Assembly (NCBI GenBank): GCA_964291405.2
Contig: OZ219926.1
Span: 2,464,001-2,528,000 of the forward strand
Direction: 5' to 3'
DNA: 64,000 nt
DNA from: Thermodesulfobacteriota bacterium
GTDB taxonomy: Bacteria; Desulfobacterota; Binatia; Bin18
Positions 42,426 through 51,444 of this stretch are shown here, piece by piece. The translations under genes were made by a program, and so were the position numbers. The notes under the pieces were generated by a model. It did no database searches, was not told where the DNA came from, and was given only the letters and a program-made list of their open reading frames with translations. Within the stretch, counting starts at the first letter, position 1, and the number at the start of each line of letters is the position of its first letter.

Positions 42426-43400
42426 ATGTTCATACCGCTCTCCCCGTCCCTCCCGGCCCGGCCGTTACGGCTGGTCTTCATGGGGACGCCGGAGTTTGCC
42501 GTGCCGGCGCTCCAAGCCCTGCTTGAGAGCGAGGACACCGTGGTCGGGGTGATGTGTCAGCCGGACAAACCGGCCGGAAGACGGCTGGACCTGCACGCGC
42601 CACCCGTCAAGGACTGTGCCCACACCCATGCCGTGCCGGTCTTTCAGCCGCAAAAGATTCGCACGCCCGAGGCACTGGAACATCTCCACGGCTGGCGGCC
42701 CGACCTCATTGTTGTTGCCGCCTACGGCAAGATCCTGCCCAAGACGATTCTGGATCTGCCGGCCTTTGGCTGCATTAACATTCATGCCTCACTCCTCCCC
42801 AAATATCGTGGCGCCGCGCCCATGCAGTGGGCCATTGCCCAAGGCGAAACGCACTCGGGCGTCACCGTTATGCGGGTGAGCGAGGAGTTGGACGCCGGTG
42901 ATATTCTGCTTCAGAAGTCAGTCGCCCTGAAACCGGACGAAACGGGCGGCAGCCTCCACGACACCCTTGCGGTGCTTGGTGCACAGGCGCTGCTGGAAGC
43001 AATGACTCTGTTCAAACAGGGGAAACTCGTTGCAACGCCCCAAGATAAAGCGGCCGTTACCTACGCTCCGTTACTAAAAAAAGAGGACGGAGAGATCGAC
43101 TGGACCCATAGCGCGGTTAGCATCGAACGCCGCATTCGTGCCTTTCATCCCTGGCCGTCCTCCTTCACCTGGTTGGGAAACAAACGGCTGAAAATCCTGG
43201 CCGCGCGTCTGAGCACGGTCGAGGCTTCCGCCGCTCCCGGCACCATCCTCAACCGGCAAGACAAAGCGCTCACCGTTGCCACCGGCCAAGGCAGCCTCAC
43301 CCTTGACACCGTGCAACTCGAAGGCAAAAAGGCTATGCCCATAGCCGCCTTCCTCGCTGGCCACGACCTCAAGCCCGGCGACCGCCTCGGCCGTCGTTGA
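42426..43400 (+). CDS. fmt: Methionyl-tRNA formyltransferase
   Basis: FMGTPEFA, NIHASLLPKYRGAAP, follows def. Confidence 0.97.
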   Translation: MFIPLSPSLPARPLRLVFMGTPEFAVPALQALLESEDTVVGVMCQPDKPAGRRLDLHAPPVKDCAHTHAVPVFQPQKIRTPEALEHLHGWRPDLIVVAAYGKILPKTILDLPAFGCINIHASLLPKYRGAAPMQWAIAQGETHSGVTVMRVSEELDAGDILLQKSVALKPDETGGSLHDTLAVLGAQALLEAMTLFKQGKLVATPQDKAAVTYAPLLKKEDGEIDWTHSAVSIERRIRAFHPWPSSFTWLGNKRLKILAARLSTVEASAAPGTILNRQDKALTVATGQGSLTLDTVQLEGKKAMPIAAFLAGHDLKPGDRLGRR

Positions 43401-43485
43401 TGGCCTGTTGCCTGTCTCAGAAAATTACGGCCAGCCTTGAGAGACTGCCCGAAGAGAAAGGCGTCCACTCTGTCACACATCAATA

Positions 43486-43524
43486 CATCAGAGGATTGAC
43501 ATCTGATGCGCTCTCTACGATCAT
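43486..43524 (+). promoter_or_regulatory. Putative TA promoter/operator
   Basis: TTGACA at 43496 flanked by inverted CATCAGA/TCTGATG. Confidence 0.5.
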
Positions 43525-43530
43525 CACGTT

Positions 43531-43761
43531 GTGAGAACGACCTTGGATATTGAAGCCCCCATCCTTCACGATCTGAAACGGCTCAAAGCGCGAGAGGGAA
43601 AGTCGCTGGGCCGACTCGTCTCTGACCTGTTGGCGCAAGCCTTAAACGCCCGTGCAGCGGTCAGCGCAGACACCCCTCGGCCCGTGTGGATCGTAAAACC
43701 GATGCGCGCCCGAATCGATCTCGCCGATAAAGAAGCCGTGCATCGTGCTTCGGACCAATAA
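43531..43761 (+). CDS. VapB-type antitoxin (RHH)
   Basis: MRTTLDIE..LK..REGKSLGRLVSDLL..IDLADKEAV. Confidence 0.8.
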   Translation: MRTTLDIEAPILHDLKRLKAREGKSLGRLVSDLLAQALNARAAVSADTPRPVWIVKPMRARIDLADKEAVHRASDQ

Positions 43762-43763
43762 GC

Positions 43764-43826
43764 CATACCCATGACCGAGACTTTCGGAAATTCGATTTCC
43801 TCGAAGTCGTAGATCCGCTCGTGTGA
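43764..43826 (+). pseudogene. C-terminal remnant of VapC PIN toxin
   Basis: HTHDRDFRKFDFLEVVDPLV* directly after antitoxin stop; rest of gene absent. Confidence 0.75.
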
Positions 43827-43905
43827 TATATTCCTTGGGCGTCGCTATTCCCGTCACGTCAAAGGGAGGATTAGGGGGGCGTTTCTCCCCAGCCACCCGA
43901 CAAGA

Positions 43906-43986
43906 CAAGGCAACCTCACCCTTGACCGCGTACAGCTCGAAGGCAAAAAAGCTATGCCCATCGCTGCTTTCCTCGCCGGGCACGAC
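43906..43986 (+). repeat. Diverged duplicate of fmt 3' segment (43287-43367)
   Basis: 70/81 nt identical, QGNLTLDRVQLEGKKAMPIAAFLAGHD. Confidence 0.9.
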
Positions 43987-44037
43987 TTCTGCGGGCGAGG
44001 TGGTAGAGGGTGGAAACGCCGCCACGGGCATGCTGCT

Positions 44038-44976
44038 TCATGCTACGGCTCCTTCGCTTTTTCCGAGCAGCAGATAGCGCTCTTCGAATTTCGAGAGCCA
44101 GTCTCCCGTCAGTGGTCCCCATTTCGACACTACATCGTCCAGCTTGTGCGAAGAGAACGTTGTTTCGTCGTGCAAAAGGGCACGGTACTCGTCGATTATA
44201 CGGCAGCAACGCTTGTCGTCTGGATGGTATACGACTGCCAACCGGCCTTCTGTGTACTTCGAGCTGCCATGCTGAAGCAGAGCCCACGCGAGCAGATGGT
44301 CGCGCCAAAGCTGGTTGTGCGTTTTTCTGGAAACTTTGTCGTGCGCTTCTGATTTCCAGGGACTGTCCGGCGTCATCCACTGTCGATACGCCGGAGTGTC
44401 ATACTCTTTCTGAGAGAACGGCTCGGTCAGCTTAGTCTCGATTCCGACGAACCCAAACTTCCGGTCCTCTTTTTCGTACTCAATAAACGCATCGAACGCT
44501 GTGCGATCATCCAGATACTCGCCGGCAGGCTCTGGAGCCCACTCGAAGTGTACACTCGTCACTTGAGCGATGTGCTCCCCCCACAGGGCACGTGCCAGCC
44601 TAGTCGCGAGCTTCTGGTTGAGGGCGAGCTCGCCAAATAGGTTGAAGCACATTGGCTGACTCGACAGCATATTGCGCAGGAGCCGAAACTTTTCCACCAT
44701 TCCGCCCCCTTTGGCAATCCGTCGCTCTGCCAGCTCGAAAATCCCATGCGTCAAGAAATTGTGCCCGTCCTTTGCTGACGCCTCGGTCAGCATGTTCCCA
44801 TATAGAGATGTGTCTGATTCTTCGGGTCCGGTCCCGTATCGAACCTTGAGGACGTGAGCCCGGTACCAACTCTGATGCAGCCTCATCCTTCGTGTGAAGC
44901 TATCGTCGTTCGGCGATTGCGGACCCAACTCTCCACTACCGTCATTCGATCCTTTGGTGCCTTGTACAATACCCAA
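44038..44976 (-). CDS. PD-(D/E)XK restriction-endonuclease-like protein (PGN_0703-like)
   Basis: NMLSSQPMCFNLF, DRTAFDAFIEY..GIETKLTEPF, NQLWRDHLLA; GGAGG SD before TTG. Confidence 0.7.
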   Translation of the reverse strand: MGIVQGTKGSNDGSGELGPQSPNDDSFTRRMRLHQSWYRAHVLKVRYGTGPEESDTSLYGNMLTEASAKDGHNFLTHGIFELAERRIAKGGGMVEKFRLLRNMLSSQPMCFNLFGELALNQKLATRLARALWGEHIAQVTSVHFEWAPEPAGEYLDDRTAFDAFIEYEKEDRKFGFVGIETKLTEPFSQKEYDTPAYRQWMTPDSPWKSEAHDKVSRKTHNQLWRDHLLAWALLQHGSSKYTEGRLAVVYHPDDKRCCRIIDEYRALLHDETTFSSHKLDDVVSKWGPLTGDWLSKFEERYLLLGKSEGAVA

Positions 44977-44997
44977 ATCCGTTACCTCCCCAACTTT

Positions 44998-45156
44998 TTA
45001 ATAATCCGCAATTGCTGCGGCAGCGGCTTTCCGCCGCCGGTGGTCCGAGAACTTCTCCCCACCTTCCTTATCGGTGGGGAACCCATTGATCTTCCAATGT
45101 TTGCACATTTTGCAGTGCGAACGTCGGGAAATCGGTCGTTTTTTCTTGTAATTCAT
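44998..45156 (-). CDS. Small basic protein with HCxxCxH motif (52 aa, absent from ORF track)
   Basis: MNYKKKRPISRRSHCKMCKHWKINGFPTDKEGGEKFSDHRRRKAAAAAIADY; strong SD; fills the gap between co-oriented genes. Confidence 0.65.
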   Translation of the reverse strand: MNYKKKRPISRRSHCKMCKHWKINGFPTDKEGGEKFSDHRRRKAAAAAIADY

Positions 45157-45178
45157 CTTACTCCCCCTCCCTTGGGCA

Positions 45179-45496
45179 CTACGCCTCTTTCCCCATCGCG
45201 GTCCCGGTGTCGATTTCCCCGTGCAAGTTATCCTCCGTTACCCCAGCCAAAAGATAGAGGTCACGAGCGATCTGCTTCCGAAGGTCGCTGAGTTCTTGTC
45301 TCACAGCGGCGGCAGACTGAGACAGTTTCCCCTCTCGTGCCAAGCGAGCACGGTAGTCTTGGGAAACTTGTTCCAGTATTTCTCGGGTGCTTGCATGGCT
45401 ATCCAGCCCTTCAACAATTAAGCTGTCCAGGAGGTCTTCCATCGGTCGGTGTTCCATACGCGCGGCTTGTACTGACAGGGAGGCATGGGAGTTCAT
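45179..45496 (-). CDS. Chimeric antitoxin-like ORF whose last 24 aa are a MazE C-terminus
   Basis: Ends LLAGVTEDNLHGEIDTGTAMGKEA, matching MazE at 46559-46633. Confidence 0.55.
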   Translation of the reverse strand: MNSHASLSVQAARMEHRPMEDLLDSLIVEGLDSHASTREILEQVSQDYRARLAREGKLSQSAAAVRQELSDLRKQIARDLYLLAGVTEDNLHGEIDTGTAMGKEA

Positions 45497-45525
45497 TAGG
45501 TTCGTCTCTACTCGGCGTAATTAGA

Positions 45526-46197
45526 CTAGCTTTTAATATGCAACAAAAGAACAAAACATTTGTATGGAAAGTACAACCACCATATGGACACGAACAAACT
45601 CAGAAGATTAAAAGAGTCGATAAGCGACAAAAAAGCTTCCCATGAGGGTAGTGTAGACACAAGCGTAAATATCACTGGCAGTCCAAAGAAGACTATCCAG
45701 AAAAACTGGACGTACTTAGGACTCTTCAGGTGGTCAATATTCGCTACATCCTGGTTGGTTTCTGAGTGAAAAATATCTATCCATCTCACACCTAGTTCTC
45801 GCGCCGCTCCTTCAGCGATGCGTTCTTTTATAACTGCACCTAATCCCAAAATTTCGTAATGCTCACGTATATAGAACAGCAGTGCCAGAGAACTGCTGAT
45901 CCAGATCCCTATTACCCAATACGAGACAGTGGGATTGGTGAACGGGGTAGCGAGGGAAATTGCTTTGTCTTGCTTGACGATATTGGAAGCCTCGATGATT
46001 TTCCACGGAGTAATGTGATTGAGGGGACTAAGCTGATCGTCGGCACCTAAATTCGCTTCCTTGAACGTTAGGGCCAGGACGGTTAGGAAACCAACTAATA
46101 CGAAGCGTTGTAGGGTCGAACGCCTTCTGATTTCCTCCTTGAGCGAAGAAAAATCGGCTAACAGGCAGTCGAGATATTTTTTTCCTTCGTCTTCCAT
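45526..46197 (-). CDS. Low-GC membrane protein carrying an in-frame 36-aa cyclase-derived segment
   Basis: About four TM; GADDQLSPLNHITPWKIIEASNIVKQDKAISLATPF matches the cyclase N-terminus. Confidence 0.65.
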   Translation of the reverse strand: MEDEGKKYLDCLLADFSSLKEEIRRRSTLQRFVLVGFLTVLALTFKEANLGADDQLSPLNHITPWKIIEASNIVKQDKAISLATPFTNPTVSYWVIGIWISSSLALLFYIREHYEILGLGAVIKERIAEGAARELGVRWIDIFHSETNQDVANIDHLKSPKYVQFFWIVFFGLPVIFTLVSTLPSWEAFLSLIDSFNLLSLFVSIWWLYFPYKCFVLLLHIKS

Positions 46198-46203
46198 GAT
46201 GCC

Positions 46204-46565
46204 TCATACACCTCCGTCTTCCCACACCAAGAGCGTGTTGGCTTTCCGCAAAACCGAGTCTATAGTCGCCACGGGTAAAGGGCATATCAACGCCACATTT
46301 CTTGCCCGCCAATCCAGGCTTTTAACTTGGTCTGATAAAACAACGCCGCTTACCTTTAACCCGGCAGGAAGGGCGACCTCGAAAGGGTAGCCCTTCATCT
46401 GATTGGTGATTGGACAGAAGATCGCCAGTCCGGTCTTGGCGTTATACCCTCAGGTGAGAGTACGACCGCGGGGCGGTGTCCGGCTTGCTCGTGGCCTGCC
46501 TGGGGGTTGAAGTTCAACCATACGGCATCTCCGCGTTTTGGGATATATCTGACCGACCTTACCAT
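46204..46565 (-). pseudogene. mazF: MazF/PemK toxin with 1-nt deletion near 46448
   Basis: YIPKRGDAVWLNFNPQAGHEQAGHRPAVVLSPE / YNAKTGLAIFCPITNQMKGYPFEV..DQVKSLDWRAR in different frames; 362 nt span. Confidence 0.85.
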
Positions 46566-46801
46566 GTCTCTTTACCTACTGCGGCACCGGTGTCGATTTC
46601 CCCGTGCAAGTTATCCTCCGTCACCCCGGCTAAGAGGTCGGCAAGCTTCAAATCGGGGTGTTTTACCGGGGTTATGACCAACTCCGTGCCACGCAGTGAG
46701 AATTTGACAGACGAGTGATTTGCCAGCCCGAGTTGGGCCGCTATGGGCTTAGGAATGCGCACGGCCAAGCTATTGCCCCATTTCTGTACGCGAGTCTCCA
46801 T
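46559..46801 (-). CDS. mazE: MazE/AbrB-type antitoxin
   Basis: VQKWGNSLAVRIP; GGAGG SD; TTGACG-17 nt-TATCTT promoter upstream. Confidence 0.92.
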   Translation of the reverse strand: METRVQKWGNSLAVRIPKPIAAQLGLANHSSVKFSLRGTELVITPVKHPDLKLADLLAGVTEDNLHGEIDTGAAVGKETW

Positions 46802-46934
46802 ATCTGTAATTCCTCCTTCTTAGCGTAGAGACAATGAAGATACTAAGGGTATCGAAAACCGTCAAGATGAATTGTTTCCACTGTTGACGGGCAGGCAGAG
46901 GATGTGAAAGACAAAAGCCGGAAGGAGAGCGACT

Positions 46935-47888
46935 ATGGCAAAACAATTCTCGATGGACGATGTCAAGGCACTGGCCGAGAAATACAAGAATTGGGGCAAA
47001 TGGGGACCCGACGATCAGATTGGTACCCTGAATTATATTACCCCGCAGAAACTCGTCGACGCCTCCCAGTTGGTCAAGCAGGGCAAGGTGATTTCCCTTG
47101 CCATCCCGTTTGATGACAAGGGTCCTCAGACCGGCTCGTTCGGACGCTTTAACCCGATCCACTTCATGCTCCAAGATGGGGGTGATATCAGCGTCGGCGC
47201 GCAGGACCATATCCCCAATCTTCAATACACGGACGACGCCGTGACCATGCCGCTCCAGTGCGCCACACAGTGGGACGCGCTGGCCCACATCCTGTACCAG
47301 GGCAAAATGTATAACGGCTATGCAGCCAGTGAAATCAACAGCACCGGCGCAAAGAAAAATGGCATGGAAAACGCGAAAGATAAAATCGCCACGCGCGGCG
47401 TGCTGCTCGATATTCCGCGCTACAAAGGAAAGCAGTGGCTCGACCCAGGCGAGGCTATTTATCCCGCGGACCTCGATGGGGCTGCGGAGATGGGCAAGGT
47501 CAGCGTGGGAACGGGTGATATTGTCCTGATTCGGACCGGCCAAATCGGTCAGGTTCGAGCCGAAGGTAGCTGGGGTGAATACAGCGGTGGCTCAGCCCCA
47601 GGACTCGGCGTGGATTGCGCCGCCTGGATTTGTGAAAAAGAAATTGCCGGCTATGCCACGGACACCTGGGGAACAGAGGTGATTCCCAATGAAACATCGG
47701 AAATCTTTCAGCCTCTACATATGATTCTCATTGTCCATGCCGGTGTGCTGGTCGGTGAGATCTTCGATCTGGAAGGGCTGGCCGATGATTGCGCCAACGA
47801 CGGCGTCTACGAGTGTATGTTTGTGGCTCCACCGCTGCCGATTACCGGTGCCGTCGGCTCGCCGATCAATCCGCAGGCCATAAAATAG
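46935..47888 (+). CDS. Cyclase family (kynurenine formamidase-like) metal hydrolase
   Basis: NWGKWGPDDQIGTLN, TQWDALAH, RGVLLDI, GSPINP. Confidence 0.9.
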   Translation: MAKQFSMDDVKALAEKYKNWGKWGPDDQIGTLNYITPQKLVDASQLVKQGKVISLAIPFDDKGPQTGSFGRFNPIHFMLQDGGDISVGAQDHIPNLQYTDDAVTMPLQCATQWDALAHILYQGKMYNGYAASEINSTGAKKNGMENAKDKIATRGVLLDIPRYKGKQWLDPGEAIYPADLDGAAEMGKVSVGTGDIVLIRTGQIGQVRAEGSWGEYSGGSAPGLGVDCAAWICEKEIAGYATDTWGTEVIPNETSEIFQPLHMILIVHAGVLVGEIFDLEGLADDCANDGVYECMFVAPPLPITGAVGSPINPQAIK

Positions 47889-47909
47889 GAATCAACCTGG
47901 AGAATTGTT

Positions 47910-48995
47910 ATGCCAGAAGTGGCTGATTTACACTCCCATCGTATCCAGGCCCAAGATGACCCGGTTGAACTGCTCTACGAGCGTGGGGTCACCGATGGCC
48001 TGCCCGTCGTACCGCCGACAGAAGAGCGTGTCACGCGGATGCTGGCGGCAACGAACCGCGACCCCCAGGAAATCATTGGCGAAATCGGCCCGAACTACGG
48101 CCGGGCCAGCGTCGAGAAGATTGCGATTAATGCGGTCATGGCCGGCTGCCACCCTTCGTATTTCCCGGTGGTGTTGGCCGGGGTTGAGGCCATGTGCGAA
48201 GAGCAGTTCTGCATCCACGGCATCAACGTCACGACCTTCTCGGCCACGCCCATGGCCATTATCAACGGACCCATTCGCCATGAGATCGGCGTCAACTGCG
48301 GCCATAACGCCCTTGGCCACGGCTTCCGGGCCAACGCCACCATAGGCCGGGCGCTGCGGCTGATTATCATCAATATCGGTGGGGCCAAGCCGCACGAGAT
48401 TACCAAGGCGACCATGGGCCATCCGGCACAGTACACATTTTGCGTGGGAGAGAATGAAGAAGACAGCCCGTGGGAGCCCCTCCACGTGGAAAAAGGTTAT
48501 ACCGCCGACCAAAATACGATTACCCTCTTTGGCGGTCACTCACCCATGCAGATCAACGACCACGCCAGCCGCAGCGCGGAACAATTGGCTCTGTCACTCG
48601 GCTGGACCATGTCAGCGCTGTGGAACCATAAAAACTACCCGCTGTTCTCCGATAGTGTTTTAGTAGTAGGCCCTGAACACGCCAAAACGTTTGCCCAAGA
48701 CGGCTGGTCCAAGAACGACCTACGTCAATTTCTGTACGAAAATATTCGGCGACCTTTGCGCGAACTCCGTCCGGGTGTCAACGGCGGCGAAGGTGTTGGA
48801 GTCAGCATGCTGCGCACGCCGAAGAAAGACCGCGAGCCCCCAACCGACGATACGCTCTTTCCAAAGTTCCCTAAAGCGGAGAATATTGTTATTATCGTGG
48901 CCGGTGGCACGGCCGGTCGATTTTCCGCCGCGGTCCAGGGTTGGGCCGGGTTTGACGCTGGCAGCCGGATTACAACTAAAGAGATAAAAGAATAA
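47910..48995 (+). CDS. Conserved uncharacterised protein (DGLPVVPPT family), partner of UGSC-type selenoproteins
   Basis: TDGLPVVPPTEERV, VEKIAINAVMAGC, RANATIGRALRL, ENEEDSPWEPLH. Confidence 0.8.
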   Translation: MPEVADLHSHRIQAQDDPVELLYERGVTDGLPVVPPTEERVTRMLAATNRDPQEIIGEIGPNYGRASVEKIAINAVMAGCHPSYFPVVLAGVEAMCEEQFCIHGINVTTFSATPMAIINGPIRHEIGVNCGHNALGHGFRANATIGRALRLIIINIGGAKPHEITKATMGHPAQYTFCVGENEEDSPWEPLHVEKGYTADQNTITLFGGHSPMQINDHASRSAEQLALSLGWTMSALWNHKNYPLFSDSVLVVGPEHAKTFAQDGWSKNDLRQFLYENIRRPLRELRPGVNGGEGVGVSMLRTPKKDREPPTDDTLFPKFPKAENIVIIVAGGTAGRFSAAVQGWAGFDAGSRITTKEIKE

Positions 48996-49009
48996 AGAGG
49001 AGGTACGCT

Positions 49010-49555
49010 ATGGGCGAAATGTTACTCGATCCGACCGATACGGTCGAACGTTCGCAAAAAGACTTTGCGCCGCGACTCGACTCGCTATCCGGGACAACCA
49101 TCGGCTTGCTCGATATCAGCAAAGCAAAGGGCTCCTTTTTCCTCGATCGTGTCGAGGAGGTACTCCGCGAGCAGTATGGCGTCAAAGAGGTGTTGCGGCG
49201 CATGAAGCCGACGGTCACACGCCCGGCACCCGAGCCGATTCGGGTGGAGTTGCGCGAAAGGTGTGATGCCGTCATTGAAGCCCTCAGCGATTGAGGAGCC
49301 TGCATATCGTGCAGTTCGCACGATGTCATTCACTTTGAAGAAAACGGTATTCCAACGGCAAACGTGACCACCACGGAATTCATTGGTGCGGCCAACGCCC
49401 AGTGCTCCGCGCTGGGGATGGCGCAGTATCAGCCTATTCTGGTTACGCATCCTATTCAGCCCAAGACCGAGGCCGAAGTCAGAGTTTTGGCGGATCAGGT
49501 CATTGACCAGATCATCGGCAAGCTGCTCAAACACAAAGAGCAACAAGCGGCGTAG
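49010..49555 (+). CDS. UGSC-like selenoprotein (TGA 49292-49294 = Sec95), 181 aa
   Basis: ORFs 49010..49294 and 49364..49555 are in frame; readthrough gives ALSD-U-GACISCSSHD..GIPT; hairpin follows UGA. Confidence 0.85.
49304..49326 (+). promoter_or_regulatory. SECIS-like hairpin
   Basis: ATATCGTGC[AGTTC]GCACGATGT; loop starts after an 18-nt spacer from the UGA. Confidence 0.7.
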
Positions 49556-49580
49556 ACTGCGCTCATCGAGCAACCACAAG

Positions 49581-49614
49581 AAAAAAGAGGCAGTCCAAGG
49601 TGGACTGCCTCTTT
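49581..49614. terminator. Bidirectional intrinsic terminator
   Basis: AAAGAGGCAGTCCA-AGG-TGGACTGCCTCTTT between convergent genes. Confidence 0.85.
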
Positions 49615-49639
49615 GTGCATTTTATAAAGAAGGGTCTTG

Positions 49640-50131
49640 TTACGCTGCTTCCTTGAGTCGTGGCCGGACGATAATGGGGTGGCGTAACGCACGTCGTGGA
49701 ATTTCGACCGGTCGCTCGGCCTTCTGCTTGTTGAGGCCACGCCGAATATACTCGGGATCAATCCCGAGGACAGAGCAGATGTTCACAAATGAGAACGGCC
49801 ATTGATAGTCGTCCGTAAAAAACCACTGCTCCGCTTCCCGTGCGATACGATAATCACGAAAACGGGGCGTCCCAAACTGTTTCTGAAAGCACTCAATCGC
49901 GTCCTCCAGAACGGCCTGCATGAGCACAACTTCTCCGCGGCCGTGGTAGTGCTGACGTGGTGAGTTGTGGAACTGTTCGGGTAAAACGGCTGCCGGGACA
50001 ATAGCTTCCCGCTCCGCCAGCCTCCCCCGCTCAAAGAGAAAACGCCCCGCTTTTGCATCGAGGTCCGATGTTCCGTGAGAAGAAGCGGAATCGATTCCGC
50101 GTAAGTCAGTACCGGTAGATGCTGTTTTCAT
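49640..50131 (-). CDS. Conserved hypothetical protein
   Basis: LMQAVLEDAIECF..EAEQWFF..WPFSFVNICSVLGIDPEYIRRGL; GGAGG SD. Confidence 0.75.
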   Translation of the reverse strand: MKTASTGTDLRGIDSASSHGTSDLDAKAGRFLFERGRLAEREAIVPAAVLPEQFHNSPRQHYHGRGEVVLMQAVLEDAIECFQKQFGTPRFRDYRIAREAEQWFFTDDYQWPFSFVNICSVLGIDPEYIRRGLNKQKAERPVEIPRRALRHPIIVRPRLKEAA

Positions 50132-50136
50132 GTATC

Positions 50137-50209
50137 GATCCTCCCTGATTGCCCCTCTATCCCTTGCACAAATATTGATCCTCCCTGATTGCTTTCCTAT
50201 CCTTTGTAC
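50137..50209. repeat. Tandem duplication of about 40 bp including the SD
   Basis: GATCCTCCCTGATTGC at 50137 and 50177 with similar tails. Confidence 0.75.
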
Positions 50210-50377
50210 CCGTTGGCTTCTCATCTTCTTTCCTCTTCTTACTTTCGATAGACGGTTCGTATCTATAGAAATTCACGCTGTATGAATAATCCTCAGGCAT
50301 GCCTGCTCTTGATATCGAGCAGTTCTTGTGTGTACATCGGCACGTCTTGACTCACGCGGTAAGGAGCTTGACACGTA

Positions 50378-50634
50378 TGCCCACATACATCTCTTTTGCT
50401 GATAACGCGGAATGGATCGGCGCCGCTGGGGTTGGCCTATTGCTGGGGGCGTTTTTCCTCAATCTCTTTGGCTGGATGAAGACCGATTCCAGAGTCTACC
50501 AAGCGCTCAACGCCATTGGAGCTGGGATCGCCTGCTATGCCTCATATCTGATCGACTTCCTCCCCTTTGTTGTGCTGGAAGGAACCTGGAGCATGGTTGC
50601 TGTCAGTGCGTTTCTTCACAAACGAAAGTCGTGA
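50378..50634 (+). CDS. Small membrane protein (CBU_0592-like); start approximate
   Basis: WIGAAGVGLLLGAFFL..YQALNAIGA..PFVVLEGTW. Confidence 0.7.
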
Positions 50635-50700
50635 ACACGCCCCCCTTCCTTGCGAAGCCCCGGACTCTTACTCTACCATTTGTACGAAAGAGAACTGCCT

Positions 50701-51444
50701 ATGGATGGAGGAACCGCTGTGAAGCGGAAACGAGCCACATCGCGTTTTGTTCGCAACACCTTCCTGACCGGACTGCTGATTCTTATTCCTCTGGTTGCAA
50801 CGTATTTATTGGTCGCCTTTTTGTTTGACCTCCTCAGCGGAGCGGGCGCGCCCATCATGCGGACCCTGTTTGGTCCGCTCCAGCAGCTTGAGAGCTTTTG
50901 GTGGCTGGAGCCGATTACACCTGTGGCCAACATTGCCTTGGCCCTGGCTATTATCTTTCTCTTGGGTCTGGTGGGAACGAACTTTATCGGACGACAGATT
51001 TTGGATGCCGTGAATACCTTAATCCTACGCCTGCCCCTTGTGAGCAGCGTTTATAGCGCGATCAAACAAATGGTAGAGACCTTTCAGGGACCGTCCGGCA
51101 GCTTTCAGCGCGTCGTCCTCCTCCAATATCCGCGCAAAGAGATGTGGGTGATGGGGCTGGTTGCCACGGAACGGGACGACACGCTGGGCCTCTCCTCTGC
51201 TGCGCAGCTCCTCTCCGTCTTTATTCCCACAACGCCAAATCCAACTTCTGGGTTTCTGGTTATGGTTCCACCGGAGGAGGTTGTTGAAGTCGATTATACC
51301 GTCGAAGAGGCGTTCACATTCATCGTCTCTTCCGGCATTGTTGGCCAGCCCTTCGTCCAGAAAGCACCGCTAAGTACTGACCTAGCGAGCGCGCCAGACT
51401 TGGGCGACGAAAAACAGGAGAGGGTTTACAGATGGACAAGATAG
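50701..51444 (+). CDS. DUF502 membrane protein
   Basis: FLTGLLILIP, RLPLVSSVY, VFIPTTPNPTSGF. Confidence 0.9.
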   Translation: MDGGTAVKRKRATSRFVRNTFLTGLLILIPLVATYLLVAFLFDLLSGAGAPIMRTLFGPLQQLESFWWLEPITPVANIALALAIIFLLGLVGTNFIGRQILDAVNTLILRLPLVSSVYSAIKQMVETFQGPSGSFQRVVLLQYPRKEMWVMGLVATERDDTLGLSSAAQLLSVFIPTTPNPTSGFLVMVPPEEVVEVDYTVEEAFTFIVSSGIVGQPFVQKAPLSTDLASAPDLGDEKQERVYRWTR

